This document shows positions 21,929 through 33,100 of a DNA stretch of 64,000 nt, piece after piece (the stretch's first letter is position 1; each line of letters starts with the position of its first letter). The translations under genes and the position numbers were made by a program. Below the pieces are notes generated by a model. That model saw only the letters and a program-made list of their open reading frames with translations. It was not told the origin of the DNA and ran no database searches. This DNA comes from Sedimentisphaerales bacterium. Lineage in GTDB: Bacteria; Planctomycetota; Phycisphaerae; Sedimentisphaerales; Anaerobacaceae. The stretch spans positions 2,432,001 to 2,496,000 of the forward strand of contig OY970194.1 of NCBI GenBank assembly GCA_963708075.1. The letters run 5' to 3'.

Positions 21929-22675
21929 ATGATTTGGACCTATGCGCTGGCCAGCGTCGTACTTGTCAGCCTCTTATCACTGACGGGTATCGTCTTTCTG
22001 ATGATCGACAGGGCCAGACTGCAGAAGATGTTGCTCGTGCTCGTCAGTTTCGCCGTGGGCGGACTGGCGGGCGATGCCTTCATCCACCTGATCCCGGCAG
22101 CGTTCCGAGATCTGGGGCTCACGCTGTCTACGTCCCTCCTCATCATCCTGGGGGTGATCCTGTTCTTCGCTGTGGAGAAACTTATCCGCTGGCGTCATTG
22201 CCATCTGCCCTTTTCTGCGCAGCATGTCCACCCGGTGGCTGTCCTGAACCTGGCCGGTGACGCGGTGCACAACCTCATCGACGGCATCGTCATCGGGGCC
22301 AGCTACGCGGTCAGCATTCCCATCGGCGTGACCACAACCATTGCCGTCGTACTGCATGAGATCCCCCAGGAAATCGCCGACTTCGGCATTCTTGTCCATG
22401 CAGGTTTCACAGTCCGACGCGCGCTGCTGTTCAACCTTTTGTCTGCTCTGACGGCGATCGGCGGGACGGTCATGGCCTTGACCATTGGGCCGCGCGTCGA
22501 GTCGTTTTCCCTCATCATGCTCCCAATCACCGCGGGCGGGTTCATCTACATCGCCGGCTCCGACCTTATTCCCCAGATCCAGGAGGCGTGCGACGGCATA
22601 CGCGTCACACTGGCCCATTTCTTCGCCATCCTGCTTGGCATCGGCCTGATGTCCCTGCTGACACTGCTCGACTGA
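21929..22675 (+). CDS. ZIP family metal (Zn) transporter
   Basis: DAVHNLIDG and LHEIPQE signatures; His-containing loop WRHCH...QHVH. Confidence 0.92.
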   Translation: MIWTYALASVVLVSLLSLTGIVFLMIDRARLQKMLLVLVSFAVGGLAGDAFIHLIPAAFRDLGLTLSTSLLIILGVILFFAVEKLIRWRHCHLPFSAQHVHPVAVLNLAGDAVHNLIDGIVIGASYAVSIPIGVTTTIAVVLHEIPQEIADFGILVHAGFTVRRALLFNLLSALTAIGGTVMALTIGPRVESFSLIMLPITAGGFIYIAGSDLIPQIQEACDGIRVTLAHFFAILLGIGLMSLLTLLD

Positions 22676-22708
22676 ATCGGGAGAGACCGCCCCGCATGAA
22701 TGTCAATA

Positions 22709-22964
22709 AGTGGAGTTCTGCAAAATGGAAGTTGGACTTATTATTCAAGAAAATCCGCTTTGGGATTTCCTTGAATCGACAAGTGGTTCGTGCGTGTTGC
22801 ACACCCCGCGAGGGTCTGTTTTGCCGCGTGTAGCAAGGCAATCTCCGGTCGCTTCCCAGGGCACACATCATGCACCCCTGGCGTCTGTTGTTGGAGAAGG
22901 AAAAATGAAAAGCGCATTTTTCCTTCCCCAAGTAAGCCCAACTTCCATTTTGCAGAACTCCACT
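22709..22964. mobile_element. 256-bp non-autonomous element (MITE or IS remnant)
   Basis: 32-bp TIR agtggagttctgcaaaatggaagttggactta / taagcccaacttccattttgcagaactccact (1 mismatch); AT-richer interior; no transposase. Confidence 0.75.
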
Positions 22965-23048
22965 CAATGATTGCCGGATACCGCACGTCGGCGGCGAATG
23001 TGGTATCATAGGCGTAGATGCACGCTGGCGTGTTTTGCAGGAGCCTGT

Positions 23049-23963
23049 ATGAAGATTCGTCGAATCGTCCGAGTTGCTTTACTGGCGTTACTTGCAGTTG
23101 TGGTGGCCGCCGCCGTCGTGGTTGGAGGGCTCTGGTGGTACTTCCATCCATCGTTTGAGCGAGTGGATCGCGTCGTCTATACGCAACGGCACGGCGTGGA
23201 CCTCACCTTTGACTGTCTGCGCCCTTCGCGACCTAACGGTCTGGGGATTGTCGTCATGGTCAGCGGCGGCTGGCGGTCCGGACCCGAGGGCTTTCGCTCC
23301 TGGATGACAGCGCCCCTGCTGCGTCGTGGATACACGATTCTTGCCGTGTCCCATATGTCTCAGCCCGAGGCGACCGTCATGGAGATCGTGGAGGACGTGA
23401 ACCGGGCCGTGCGATTCATCCGGCACCACGCGAAGGACTACGGCATCGATCCCAACCGCCTCGGGGTCACCGGCGGCAGTGCAGGCGGGCACTTGAGCCT
23501 CATGCTCGCCACTCGCGGCGGACCCGGTGCGCCCGATGCCGCTGATCCGGTGGATCGAGAGAGCAGTGCCGTGCAGGCGGTGGCAGTCTTTTTCCCGGTC
23601 ACGGACCTGCTGAATCTTGGACGCTCCACCGAAAACCCCGGCGACGGCGGCCCCCCGAAGAGTTTCGTCAAAGCCTTCGGGCCGCAGGCAACAGACCCGG
23701 CCGCGTGGAAGAAAATCGGCAGAGACCTGTCGCCAATCTACCATATCACCCCCGCCCTGCCACCCGTGCTGATCATTCACGGCGGCGCGGATACACTCAC
23801 CCCGCTGGAGCAATCCGAATGGTTTGTGGCCCGTGCCGGCGAGGCTGGAGGCACGATAAAACTCGTGGTCCGTCCGGGCAAGAAGCACGGCTGGCCCACC
23901 ATGCTCTGGGATATCCGCCAGTTCGCGAACTGGTTCGACCGGTATTTGCGCCCAGCACGTTAA
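23049..23963 (+). CDS. Alpha/beta hydrolase (esterase/lipase-like), membrane anchored
   Basis: N-terminal TM helix; SGGW, GGSAGGHL nucleophile elbow, HGGAD, catalytic H in KKHGW. Confidence 0.9.
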   Translation: MKIRRIVRVALLALLAVVVAAAVVVGGLWWYFHPSFERVDRVVYTQRHGVDLTFDCLRPSRPNGLGIVVMVSGGWRSGPEGFRSWMTAPLLRRGYTILAVSHMSQPEATVMEIVEDVNRAVRFIRHHAKDYGIDPNRLGVTGGSAGGHLSLMLATRGGPGAPDAADPVDRESSAVQAVAVFFPVTDLLNLGRSTENPGDGGPPKSFVKAFGPQATDPAAWKKIGRDLSPIYHITPALPPVLIIHGGADTLTPLEQSEWFVARAGEAGGTIKLVVRPGKKHGWPTMLWDIRQFANWFDRYLRPAR

Positions 23964-24176
23964 GCCACAGGCCGTAAGCCATAGGGGCTTATCTTACAGA
24001 GACCATGCCTGTGGCCACCCAGCCGCCAGCGAAACGCTCACCGGTATTTGCGTCAAATCCCCACCCCGCGCATCGCCCCTGTCGGTGTAGCATTCGACTG
24101 TAGTATCGTTTTGCGTTTCTGACGCGGGTCAGACTAGCGCGGTGCCAGCCGCCGGATAGGAAAGGGAGATGCTGCC

Positions 24177-25538
24177 ATGGGAAACCGTAGAATTGCGTTC
24201 GCGATGGTGCTGTCTTTCATTGTAGCGGCTTGTGGTGTTTCCACGGGATGGGCGGATGAAGTGACGTACTGGAACCAGGTGGCGCTGGAGATCATGCAAC
24301 AGAGTGCAACGCACCCGCCGAAAGTCGGTCGGGACCTGGCGATCATGCACTCCGCGATGTACGACGCGCTGAATGCGATTGAGGGGACGCACTACCCTTT
24401 GTTCTACGAACCTTCTGTTACAGGGCCGGCATCACAGGAGTCTGCCGTTGCGGCGGCTGCGCATCAGGCACTCGTGAACCTGTACCCCGCGTATGCAGCG
24501 AGCCTGAACCAAATGCTCAACACCAGACTGGCCGCCATTCCGGATGGGGCCGCCAAGAGTAACGGCGTCGCGCTGGGGCAGAGCGTCGCCGACAACATGC
24601 TTGCCCTGCGAGCCTCGGACGGATCCAATCTCAGCGCTGATTATCCGGGAAGCACCACGCCCGGACAGTGGCGTCCTACCCCGCCGGGGTACAAGCCCGC
24701 CCTGGCACCACTGTGGGGCAACGTCACTCCATTCAGCATTTCCAGCGCGGATGACTTTCGTCCCGGCCCTCCCCCCGCACTCACCTCTCCGGAGTACGCC
24801 GCGGGCGTCGAGCAGACGAAAGAACTCGGGCGTTCCAACAGCACAACGCGAACGCCGGACCAGACCCAGATCGCCACGTTCTGGAGTGACTCTCCCGGCG
24901 CTACGGCCTCTCCTGTGGGCAAATGGAACCTGATCGCCCAGACACTGGCCGAACAACAGGGCAACTCCCTGGCTGAGAACGCGCGAATGTTCGCCCTGCT
25001 GGACGTCGCGCTGGCCGATGCAGGAATCGTCTGCTGGGACACGAAGTACACTTACGGTCTGTGGCGGCCGGAAGATGCCATCCGCCTGGCTGACACGGAT
25101 GGAAACCCGGCGACCCAAGCTGATCCCTCCTGGACTCCCTACCTGGCCAGCCCCGCCTTTCCAGAGTACACCTCGGGGCATAGCACCTTCAGTGCCACCG
25201 CAGCGGAGATGCTAGGGCTCTTCTTCGGCACCGACGATATCCCATTCGAGACCATAGCGGGCTTTGATGTCCTGGCGGGAGTCACGCGATCTTACGACAG
25301 CCTGTCTGAAGCCGCCCTCGAGGCGGGGATGAGCCGCATCTATGCCGGCATTCATTTCAACTTCTCCAATGTCACCGGTCGAGAAGTGGGGCAGGCCATC
25401 GCCGACTACGTGTTTGCCGCCAACACACAGACAATCCCTGCTCCCGGAAGCCTGATCCTGGTACTCATCGGGGCGGCCTGCCTGATCAGAAGCCGACGCA
25501 TACGCCGTACCGAACCGGAATCCATGAATACTCGGTGA
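24177..25538 (+). CDS. Vanadium-dependent haloperoxidase / PAP2 family protein with PEP-CTERM-like tail
   Basis: KYTYGLWRP, PEYTSGH, SRIYAGIHF motifs; signal peptide; C-terminal IPAPGSLILVLIGAACLIRSRR. Confidence 0.88.
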   Translation: MGNRRIAFAMVLSFIVAACGVSTGWADEVTYWNQVALEIMQQSATHPPKVGRDLAIMHSAMYDALNAIEGTHYPLFYEPSVTGPASQESAVAAAAHQALVNLYPAYAASLNQMLNTRLAAIPDGAAKSNGVALGQSVADNMLALRASDGSNLSADYPGSTTPGQWRPTPPGYKPALAPLWGNVTPFSISSADDFRPGPPPALTSPEYAAGVEQTKELGRSNSTTRTPDQTQIATFWSDSPGATASPVGKWNLIAQTLAEQQGNSLAENARMFALLDVALADAGIVCWDTKYTYGLWRPEDAIRLADTDGNPATQADPSWTPYLASPAFPEYTSGHSTFSATAAEMLGLFFGTDDIPFETIAGFDVLAGVTRSYDSLSEAALEAGMSRIYAGIHFNFSNVTGREVGQAIADYVFAANTQTIPAPGSLILVLIGAACLIRSRRIRRTEPESMNTR

Positions 25539-25593
25539 TATCCTTCAGGACATCGATCAGAGAAATCCATCCCGTAAATCTTCTCAACATCGC

Positions 25594-25622
25594 TTGCCTG
25601 CCGGAGGCTGCGGAGGTAGACT
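25594..25622 (+). promoter_or_regulatory. Sigma-70-type promoter of the sulfatase gene
   Basis: TTGCCT-N17-TAGACT. Confidence 0.45.
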
Positions 25623-25743
25623 GACTACCGTGACGGAGGTCCATCGCCTGCGGGACATTTACAGAGCAACATGGTTGGAGAGACGTGAGCAAGAGGCAGA
25701 AACACGCCCAAGGCCCGTGAAAGAGGGGCAAAGGAGAGAGATC

Positions 25744-27144
25744 ATGAGCAGCATGTCGCGAAGAGCGTTTCTGAGAACCAGTGTCGCAGCGGGGGCAGTG
25801 GCATCGCTGGGCGGTCCCGCCGGGCGTGTCGCAAGCAGCGCGCAGGACAAGCCCACCGGCCGGCCCAACATCGTCTTCATACTGTCGGATGACCATGGCC
25901 TGGACGGCGTTGGATGCTATGGCTCCGACCGTCACAAGGGACGGACCCCTAATCTGGACGCTCTGGCCGCCGACGGCATCCGGTTCGAGCGATGCTATTC
26001 GACGCCGCTGTGCGGGCCGACGCGCTGCGAGATCATGACCGGCCGCTATCCCTTCCATACGGGCGGTCTGACCAATCGCACGGCGGGAAAGCCTGTGCCA
26101 CAGGACGAGTACCCGCTGGCCCGCATCCTCAAGGAGGCCGGCTACGACACCTGCCACGTCGGCAAATGGCGGCAGATGGGGTTGACACCGGGGGATTGGG
26201 GCTTTGGCGAGTACGTCACCGACCCCACCGCCGGCGGCTGGTACTGGCAGAAGAGCTACACGAAGAACGGACAACTTATCGAAACAGAGAACGAGATTTA
26301 CTACCCCGACGTCACGCACGATTATGCGGTGGATTTCCTGCGCCGGCACGCACCCAGCGGCTCGGCAGCAGGCAAGCCGTTCTTCCTCTACTACGCCTCA
26401 CATCTTGTCCACGGCCCGATCCTGCGCACCCCGGACAGCAAGCCGGGCGAAGAGGATCCCGTGACCCTCTACAATGACAACATCGCGTACCTCGATAAGC
26501 AGGTCGGCGCCCTGGTGTCGGAAGTGGACCGGCTGGGGCTCCGGGAAAACACGCTGATCGTCTTCTCCGGCGATAATGGCACAGCGCAGCGATCAGGTAC
26601 TATCAACGGCCGGCAGATCAATGGCCAAAAGGGCACCATGCTGGAAGGCGGCGCCCGTGTGCCGCTGATTGCCAACTGGAAAGGCGTTGCGCCGGCAGGA
26701 CGAGTGCTCAAGGATCTCGTGGACTTCAGCGATGTGTTGCCGACATTCGCGGAGGTGGCGGGGACGAAGCTGCCGCAGGGGCGCACGTATGACGGCCGTA
26801 GTTTCTCGCCCCAAATTCGCGGCGGCAAGGGCAACCCGCGCGAGTGGATTTTCGTGCAGCTCGGGCGAAGGTGGTACGTCCGTGACGACGGTTGGAAGCT
26901 CAATGAGGCCAGCGAGCTGTTTGACATGAAGGACTCGCCGTTTGTCGAGCAGCTCGTGCCCGCCGACTCCAAGGACGGAGCCGCCGTGGGGGCACGCAAG
27001 CGGCTTGCGGCAGTGCTGGACAGACTCAATCCCGCCGGCGGAAAGACGATCTCCGCGGAGGACGAAGCCGCCGAGAAGACCCGTGCCCAGAAACAGCGTC
27101 AGGGCGGCGCCAAGAAGCAGGGCCGGCGCAAGCTCAACCGGTGA
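25744..27144 (+). CDS. Tat-exported Cys-type sulfatase
   Basis: SRRAFL Tat signal; PNIVFILSDD; CGPTR (CxPxR); GKW; FSGDNG; EGGARVP. Confidence 0.93.
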   Translation: MSSMSRRAFLRTSVAAGAVASLGGPAGRVASSAQDKPTGRPNIVFILSDDHGLDGVGCYGSDRHKGRTPNLDALAADGIRFERCYSTPLCGPTRCEIMTGRYPFHTGGLTNRTAGKPVPQDEYPLARILKEAGYDTCHVGKWRQMGLTPGDWGFGEYVTDPTAGGWYWQKSYTKNGQLIETENEIYYPDVTHDYAVDFLRRHAPSGSAAGKPFFLYYASHLVHGPILRTPDSKPGEEDPVTLYNDNIAYLDKQVGALVSEVDRLGLRENTLIVFSGDNGTAQRSGTINGRQINGQKGTMLEGGARVPLIANWKGVAPAGRVLKDLVDFSDVLPTFAEVAGTKLPQGRTYDGRSFSPQIRGGKGNPREWIFVQLGRRWYVRDDGWKLNEASELFDMKDSPFVEQLVPADSKDGAAVGARKRLAAVLDRLNPAGGKTISAEDEAAEKTRAQKQRQGGAKKQGRRKLNR

Positions 27145-27198
27145 GCGCCCGCCGGGGAGAAAGAATCCTGGTGGGCCCTGCTGCGGTCGCACGGTGCG

Positions 27199-28311
27199 TC
27201 ATTCAATTTTGAGGGTAATGGCGTTGCCGAAGTGCCGCCCATCTTTGAGGTAACCGATGACCGTCAGTGGAGTCTCGCCATCGGTGGGTATCGCCTGCAG
27301 GAGCCTCGCCCTGTCAAACGAGGCAATGGTGATGACCTGGCCGGTCAGCCACAGGAACGTCGTACGCTTCGTGGCTTGCACGCCGAGGGGAGCCAGTATC
27401 ACCGGCTTGGTCTCGTCCACATTCATGGGAAAGTAACCTCTGGGCAGCGTGAGGAACACCGTAACCGGATCGACACCCACATACCGCTTTATCACAGAGG
27501 GCGTGACCGAGACGTCTGCCTCCACATCCACCCGTTCGTCGCCTCCCGGCGTGTTCGGGTCATCCGGCGGCTTGGGCGTGTCTGTGCCCACGATCACCCC
27601 TTGATCAAGCGAGAAGTTGTCGACGAATGCCTTGCCGGCATCCACGACCGCGCCTTCGGTATACAGCCCCATGAAGACGTAGATCGGCTTACGACCCCAG
27701 CGTCCGCGTACAAGATCGGGCAGGATCTGCCATGCGTTTTCAGGGCCGTAGCCCGCCTCGCCCATGTAGATCGTATCACTGGCTGCATCGTAAGAGATGT
27801 GAAGGGTCACTTTGTTGCGGGACCGGCCATCGAACTCCCATCGCACTTCGTATCCGTCCTTCCATTCGCGCCAGAAGCTGCGAAAGAGACTGACACAGCC
27901 AATGCCGAAGGAAACGTACTGCTTTCGCGGCTCGACATTGCTGGGACTCACACCGAACGTGATCCAGCCGCCCTCCATCGTCACCGGGTCATAGTTCAGG
28001 TCCAACCGCATCGCGAAGTCATGGTTCGGGTCGATGGGCCACTTATCGGCGACGTACCCGGTCGACATGGGATTCTCGTTCGTCTTGGCTGTGAATTCCA
28101 GACGCTTGTTGATCTCTTTCACGGTGCAGTTCGTGCTGTCCGCGTACACCTTCCACAGTGTCCCCTTCTTGTTGTCGTCGAAGTTGTCCTGTTGGACGGC
28201 CTGTGTCGTCGTCGATTGCGCCCGCGCGACGCTCCGCAGAATTCCCAACTGTCCCATCACGATGCCGATGGCGACGGCTGCCACGATGTACCGGATTAGA
28301 TTTCGCATCAC
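27199..28311 (-). CDS. Secreted hypothetical protein (beta-rich domain plus C-terminal Ig-like module)
   Basis: Long ORF with signal peptide, DNFDDN start and Pro-rich linker; codon usage like neighbours. Confidence 0.75.
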   Translation of the reverse strand: MMRNLIRYIVAAVAIGIVMGQLGILRSVARAQSTTTQAVQQDNFDDNKKGTLWKVYADSTNCTVKEINKRLEFTAKTNENPMSTGYVADKWPIDPNHDFAMRLDLNYDPVTMEGGWITFGVSPSNVEPRKQYVSFGIGCVSLFRSFWREWKDGYEVRWEFDGRSRNKVTLHISYDAASDTIYMGEAGYGPENAWQILPDLVRGRWGRKPIYVFMGLYTEGAVVDAGKAFVDNFSLDQGVIVGTDTPKPPDDPNTPGGDERVDVEADVSVTPSVIKRYVGVDPVTVFLTLPRGYFPMNVDETKPVILAPLGVQATKRTTFLWLTGQVITIASFDRARLLQAIPTDGETPLTVIGYLKDGRHFGNAITLKIE

Positions 28312-28559
28312 ATCCCCCTAGTTTCGATCAGTGATCTGGACTCTGCCTGTCGGCCGCCTCCGGCGGCGCAAGCGTTTACCGCGTCCTGGCTTCGCGAAAT
28401 CCTTTTCGTGGCGGCTTTCGGGCGCACACGCAGCGTGCTGAGACGTACACGGCTAATCGGGCCCGACGCTACTATACGCGGAGGCTCCGATGGCCACTCA
28501 GCGGCAACCTTCTCTCGGCAGCCCTACTCCATTCAGCCGCTCCTCCAATCCAATTTCCT

Positions 28560-28588
28560 ATTATACCCTCCCGCCGCAGCTTTGTCCA
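28560..28588 (-). promoter_or_regulatory. Sigma-70-type promoter, about 245-nt leader
   Basis: TGGACA-N17-TATAAT on the minus strand. Confidence 0.55.
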
Positions 28589-28776
28589 GCATTTTACTGA
28601 AGTTACAGCATTCCAGCAATCTCGAAAGCGGCAGGGACATTCATTCCTTCCCCCTGCAAAGGAGCACGATTCCCATGCCGTCCCGAGGCTCATCGCCTTT
28701 GGGGGACCTATAAAATACGGGCTACGTGCATATTATGGCCTGCGGTCTGAGGGTTGACCAGCCGAACGGGTCCGGC

Positions 28777-29940
28777 TCACCCGTCCTGCAGGAACTTCTT
28801 GATCATCGCGGCGCAGACGCGATCCAGGCCCTCCGCGGCGTCATCGCCTCCCCGGTTGGTCGCCACCAGCACGGCAAAGTTTTTTCGCGGGGCGACCCAC
28901 ACGACGCAGTAGTTCATGCGGTTGCTGCCGGCGTGCTGGAGGACCTTGCCGCCACCCCAGTCGCGATCGCAGAGTCCCCAGCCAAGGGCGTACTCGCCGC
29001 CGAAGGGAGGCTCCTTCAGTTGCCGGACCTGATCGGGCGGCAGCAGCCCCGGCTCTCCTCGCGTGGCCGCCAGAATACACTGGACATACTTCGCCCAGTC
29101 ACAGATCGAGCAGTGGACCCGTCCTGCCGGCGTGATGAACGGCGGATTGTCACTCGTTGGACCCGGATTGACCGGGGTAATCCGGTCGCCCTGTTTGCGA
29201 TGCTGCCAAGGCGCATCGACATGTCCCCTTGTGCCCATCGCCCCGAACCCTGCCGATTTCATACTCAAAGGTTCGAAGAGCAGACGCTGCAGGAGGACTT
29301 CATAGTCTTCGCCCGTGATGGTCTCCGCAATCACCCCGGCGATGGCGAAACCGGCGTTGGAGTACTCCTGCTTGTCCCCCGGCTGGTTGATCGGGGGCCG
29401 GCACAGGACGATCTCCGTCACCCGTCTCCGCTGCTCGCGTGGCGATTTCATGGCTGTGATCTTCTTGAGTTCCTCGTCCCCTACGGGGGCAAAGCCATCC
29501 GTCATCGGCGGCACCCCGGCGCGATGGGACAGCAGATGAACCAGTGTCACGCCGCGATAATCCGGATGCATCTTATCCTTCAAATCCGGGAAGTACTCCG
29601 CGAGCGTGGTCTCCCACTTCAATTTGCCCTGCTGGACGAGCAGACCGATCAGTGATCCCGTCATAGCCTTCGTGCATGAGCCCAGGTGGAAAGGATCGTT
29701 TGGCTCCACCTTGATATCGCCGCCGTATTTGCGCACGCCGACGACGCCGGCCGCATGGAGCTTGCCATCCACAATCACCGCCGCGGCCAGCGCCGGGAAC
29801 GCATACTCCTCCCGCACACCCATCAGATCCGGCGCAAGATCGACTACCGGCGATGCCCACGTTGCCGGCAATCCGGGGCAGGCTATCGTGAGTAGAACCG
29901 CGGCCGCACAGAACGACCTGACGAATGACTGCATGCTCAT
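28777..29940 (-). CDS. Serine hydrolase (beta-lactamase/PBP class C-like)
   Basis: SCTK (SxxK), LLSHRAG, YSN, HAGS motifs; signal peptide; GAGGTGGAG RBS. Confidence 0.9.
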   Translation of the reverse strand: MSMQSFVRSFCAAAVLLTIACPGLPATWASPVVDLAPDLMGVREEYAFPALAAAVIVDGKLHAAGVVGVRKYGGDIKVEPNDPFHLGSCTKAMTGSLIGLLVQQGKLKWETTLAEYFPDLKDKMHPDYRGVTLVHLLSHRAGVPPMTDGFAPVGDEELKKITAMKSPREQRRRVTEIVLCRPPINQPGDKQEYSNAGFAIAGVIAETITGEDYEVLLQRLLFEPLSMKSAGFGAMGTRGHVDAPWQHRKQGDRITPVNPGPTSDNPPFITPAGRVHCSICDWAKYVQCILAATRGEPGLLPPDQVRQLKEPPFGGEYALGWGLCDRDWGGGKVLQHAGSNRMNYCVVWVAPRKNFAVLVATNRGGDDAAEGLDRVCAAMIKKFLQDG

Positions 29941-30160
29941 GCGACGACTCCACCTCAAGCACAAGACAACTCCTTCCAGCATCACTCCAGCATTATCACC
30001 TCGGCTCTCGGGAAGGGCAATAGCATGCCTGTGCCGCCGCAGCAGCCGGCTCAAACCGGGATTATGCCCAAAAAGCCGGGGCCTGTGTCCTACGAACACA
30101 GGCCCCGTTCGATACCACGGAAGATGACCATCCATGAGAACCGTGCACCGGCTCCCAGCC

Positions 30161-33100
30161 TCAGAACGGCTTGGCCACCGGCGCGGTGTTACCCGCCAGC
30201 CACAAGATTTCCTCCGGGGACAATGCTCGGTTGTAGACCCGCACCTCGTCGAGCAAGCCATTGAACAGCTTGTACAGGCTGCCGTCCGGGTGGTACGTCA
30301 TCGCTCCGATATAGGCATTGTGCTGCGACGTGCCGGAGAGATCGTACGTCGCCGGAATCGTGCTGGTGCCTTCCAGTTGCCCATCGACGTAAATCCGCAG
30401 GACCGTACCCGCTCTCTGGCCAACCACGAAATGCCACTGGTCATCATTGGTCACACTCGTGGAGTTCGTCACGTACTTGGTCACATCGTCATCGGTCACC
30501 AGCGTGGCCACTCCGGAGGTAGTTTCACTCATGATCAAGCCATAACGCTTGCCCCCGGTACTGTCTCCGCCCTTGCCCACGATGGTTCCCTTCTCGGCAT
30601 CGGTGGTGCCCGTCATGGTGGTCTTGTACCAGGCCGTCACGGTCCAATCTCCGGTGCCGAAGTCCAGGGACGCAGGACTGCCCAGGTCCAGATAGCCGGC
30701 CTTCTGGACTTCGACCGCAGACCCGCCATCGGGTCGGCCGGAGGGGACGAATGTCGCCTGTTTGACCGTGCCATTCAACCCGTGGCCGGACGTGTCGTTG
30801 GCATTGCCTTCGCAGGCATACAGCGCCAGCAGATTCGTTTTGCCCGGATCTGTCGGCGTATAGTATTCGGGGGTCTTGGGATACAGCCGCATGTCGTCGA
30901 TGTACACCTTGCCTGTGGCGCCGGAGCCTTCGACACCGATCGTTAGCTTGGTTACGTTGCTCAGACTTCCGCCGACGGTGGACAAATCGATGTTCCAGGG
31001 CAGCCACGCTGTTTTCGCGATGTCGCCCGTACCGCCGTTGTACGGCACCTTGGTGCTATTGATCTTCACGTACAGTTGTCCGCCATTGCCGGCCGCACCC
31101 CGGAAATAGAGCGAAAGGCTCTTGATCCCACCGGCGGTCCAGTTCTGAGGTGTATCGTAAGTCCGCGTGGTCTCGGAATAGGAAGGCGCGGCCGTGTTGT
31201 CATATTGCAGAGGCATGGACTGTTTGCCGCCATGGATAATGGTCTTCTCCATGATATCGCCGGCCAGGGGATCGTAACCGACCGTGGCGCCGGTGCTATT
31301 GCCCGGATTGCCTTTCGGGAAGAACTCGTCTTCCGAGAAGCCCCAGCCGTCGACCCAGGTCTGGAACACCCGCTTTGGCGAGTCGTTCGTGTAGCGCTCG
31401 AAATCGTCGATGACCTGATACTCCTTGACGGTGAAGGCCCATACGTCGCCTTCCCACGAGGCGGGGGTCGCCGCATCGTTGACCTCGTCCACCCTCCAGT
31501 AGTAGGTCTTTCCAAAATCGAGGGCGGTCAGATCGAAGCTGTGCGTATTGACGGTCTTCACGGGGGCCGAGCCACTGGCCACCGCGTCATTGCTGTCGCT
31601 CACATAAACCTTGTGCGAAGCCGCCTCACGCCCCGGCCGCCAGTTCAAAGTGAGATCCGGCTCCTGAGCCGTTGCATTGACGGCCGGCTGGGGCTCCCTT
31701 GCCTGAACGGGAACGTAGAGGAACCGGACTTCGCTCAAACCGCCGTAAGGCGACCCGCCCCACGTGCTGTTGATGGTCAGCTTGACGTACTTTACGAAAA
31801 CGCCGCCGAAATCGACGACGGTATCGTGAACGTAGTCAGGCGAGCCAGGTGCACGTGTGAACACCGGTACGCCGGCCAGTGGAGTCCACGTATTGGCGTC
31901 GATTGAATACTCGACGACGACATCTTTGGCTCCAAAGCCGACAATACTCTCCAACTGCTGGTTGGAGTTCCAGACCCACATCTCATCCAGCTTGTAGACC
32001 TTGTCGAACTCGAATTGGATCCAGTTTGGCAACACGCCGGCGCTGATCCACATCTGCTTGCCGTCTATCGAGTGCTGATCGCTCGCATTCAGCCCGCCGC
32101 CATTGACAGTGTTTTCCGGCCCCATGTCGGCCTGCGAGCTGGCCGCTGTAGCAGTCACGCCCTTGATCGGATAGGCAAACGGCTCGGCGGTGAAGGACCA
32201 TATCTCGCCTTTGAAGACCGAGGCATCGGGCGTCGTATTGACCTCGTCGACTCGCCAGTAGTACGTCTTGCCATATTCGAGAAGATCGGCAGGCTCGAAC
32301 GTGTTCGCGTCCCGGCCCGCGCCGGCCAGCACATTCAACGGACTGGCAACAGTTGCGGCGTCAACATCGTCTTTGCTGGTCCCAAGGTACACGTCATGTT
32401 TCTGGCTGGGGAGTGCCGGTTTCCAGCTCAGGACAGGGTCGCGCGGGACATCCACAGCCCCGTCAGCCGGCCCCGGGTCCGAGGCGACAGGTTTTATTCC
32501 AAGCAGGTACCTGATGGCATTGAGGAACATCTTCTTGCCGGCGTCATTGTAGTTGTAGGTCCCGTCGGAGACACCCGAGGTGCCGCCGCCCGAGAACAAC
32601 AGTCGCTTGCCACCGGCTTTCTCGACTGAACCGGCGTAGAACTCCACTCCCGGCGCCCACTCGACAATCCAGGGCTGGCTGTTGTCCGCCCGCTTGGCGA
32701 TCAACGTGCCATTACCAACGTCCGTGGTCGCTACGAAGGTGCAATTGGTCGTGAGGACGGCGACCTGGTTGTTCGCACCGAGCGACACGCCATCGAAAAT
32801 AGGATGGGTGGGGAGCATCGCCTCCATCGTGGGCTGGGCAATGGCTGTGCTGCCTATGTTGATCCATTTCCAGCGAATGTTTTGGGCGATTTGGCCAACC
32901 TGCAGCAGAATCGGGGTGGTAATGCCGTTCCACTGAGCAATCTCCGTGCCGTCGTCGTACTGTGCGCTGTCTGTATCGCGGCTGATGATGATGAGATCGG
33001 CCGCATTGAGGGCAGCGACTTTTGTCGCATCGAGTGTGCGGGCCTCCTTGTTACGGAAGGAAATATCGACCGTATACCCCTGTGCAATCAGCAGGTCGAT

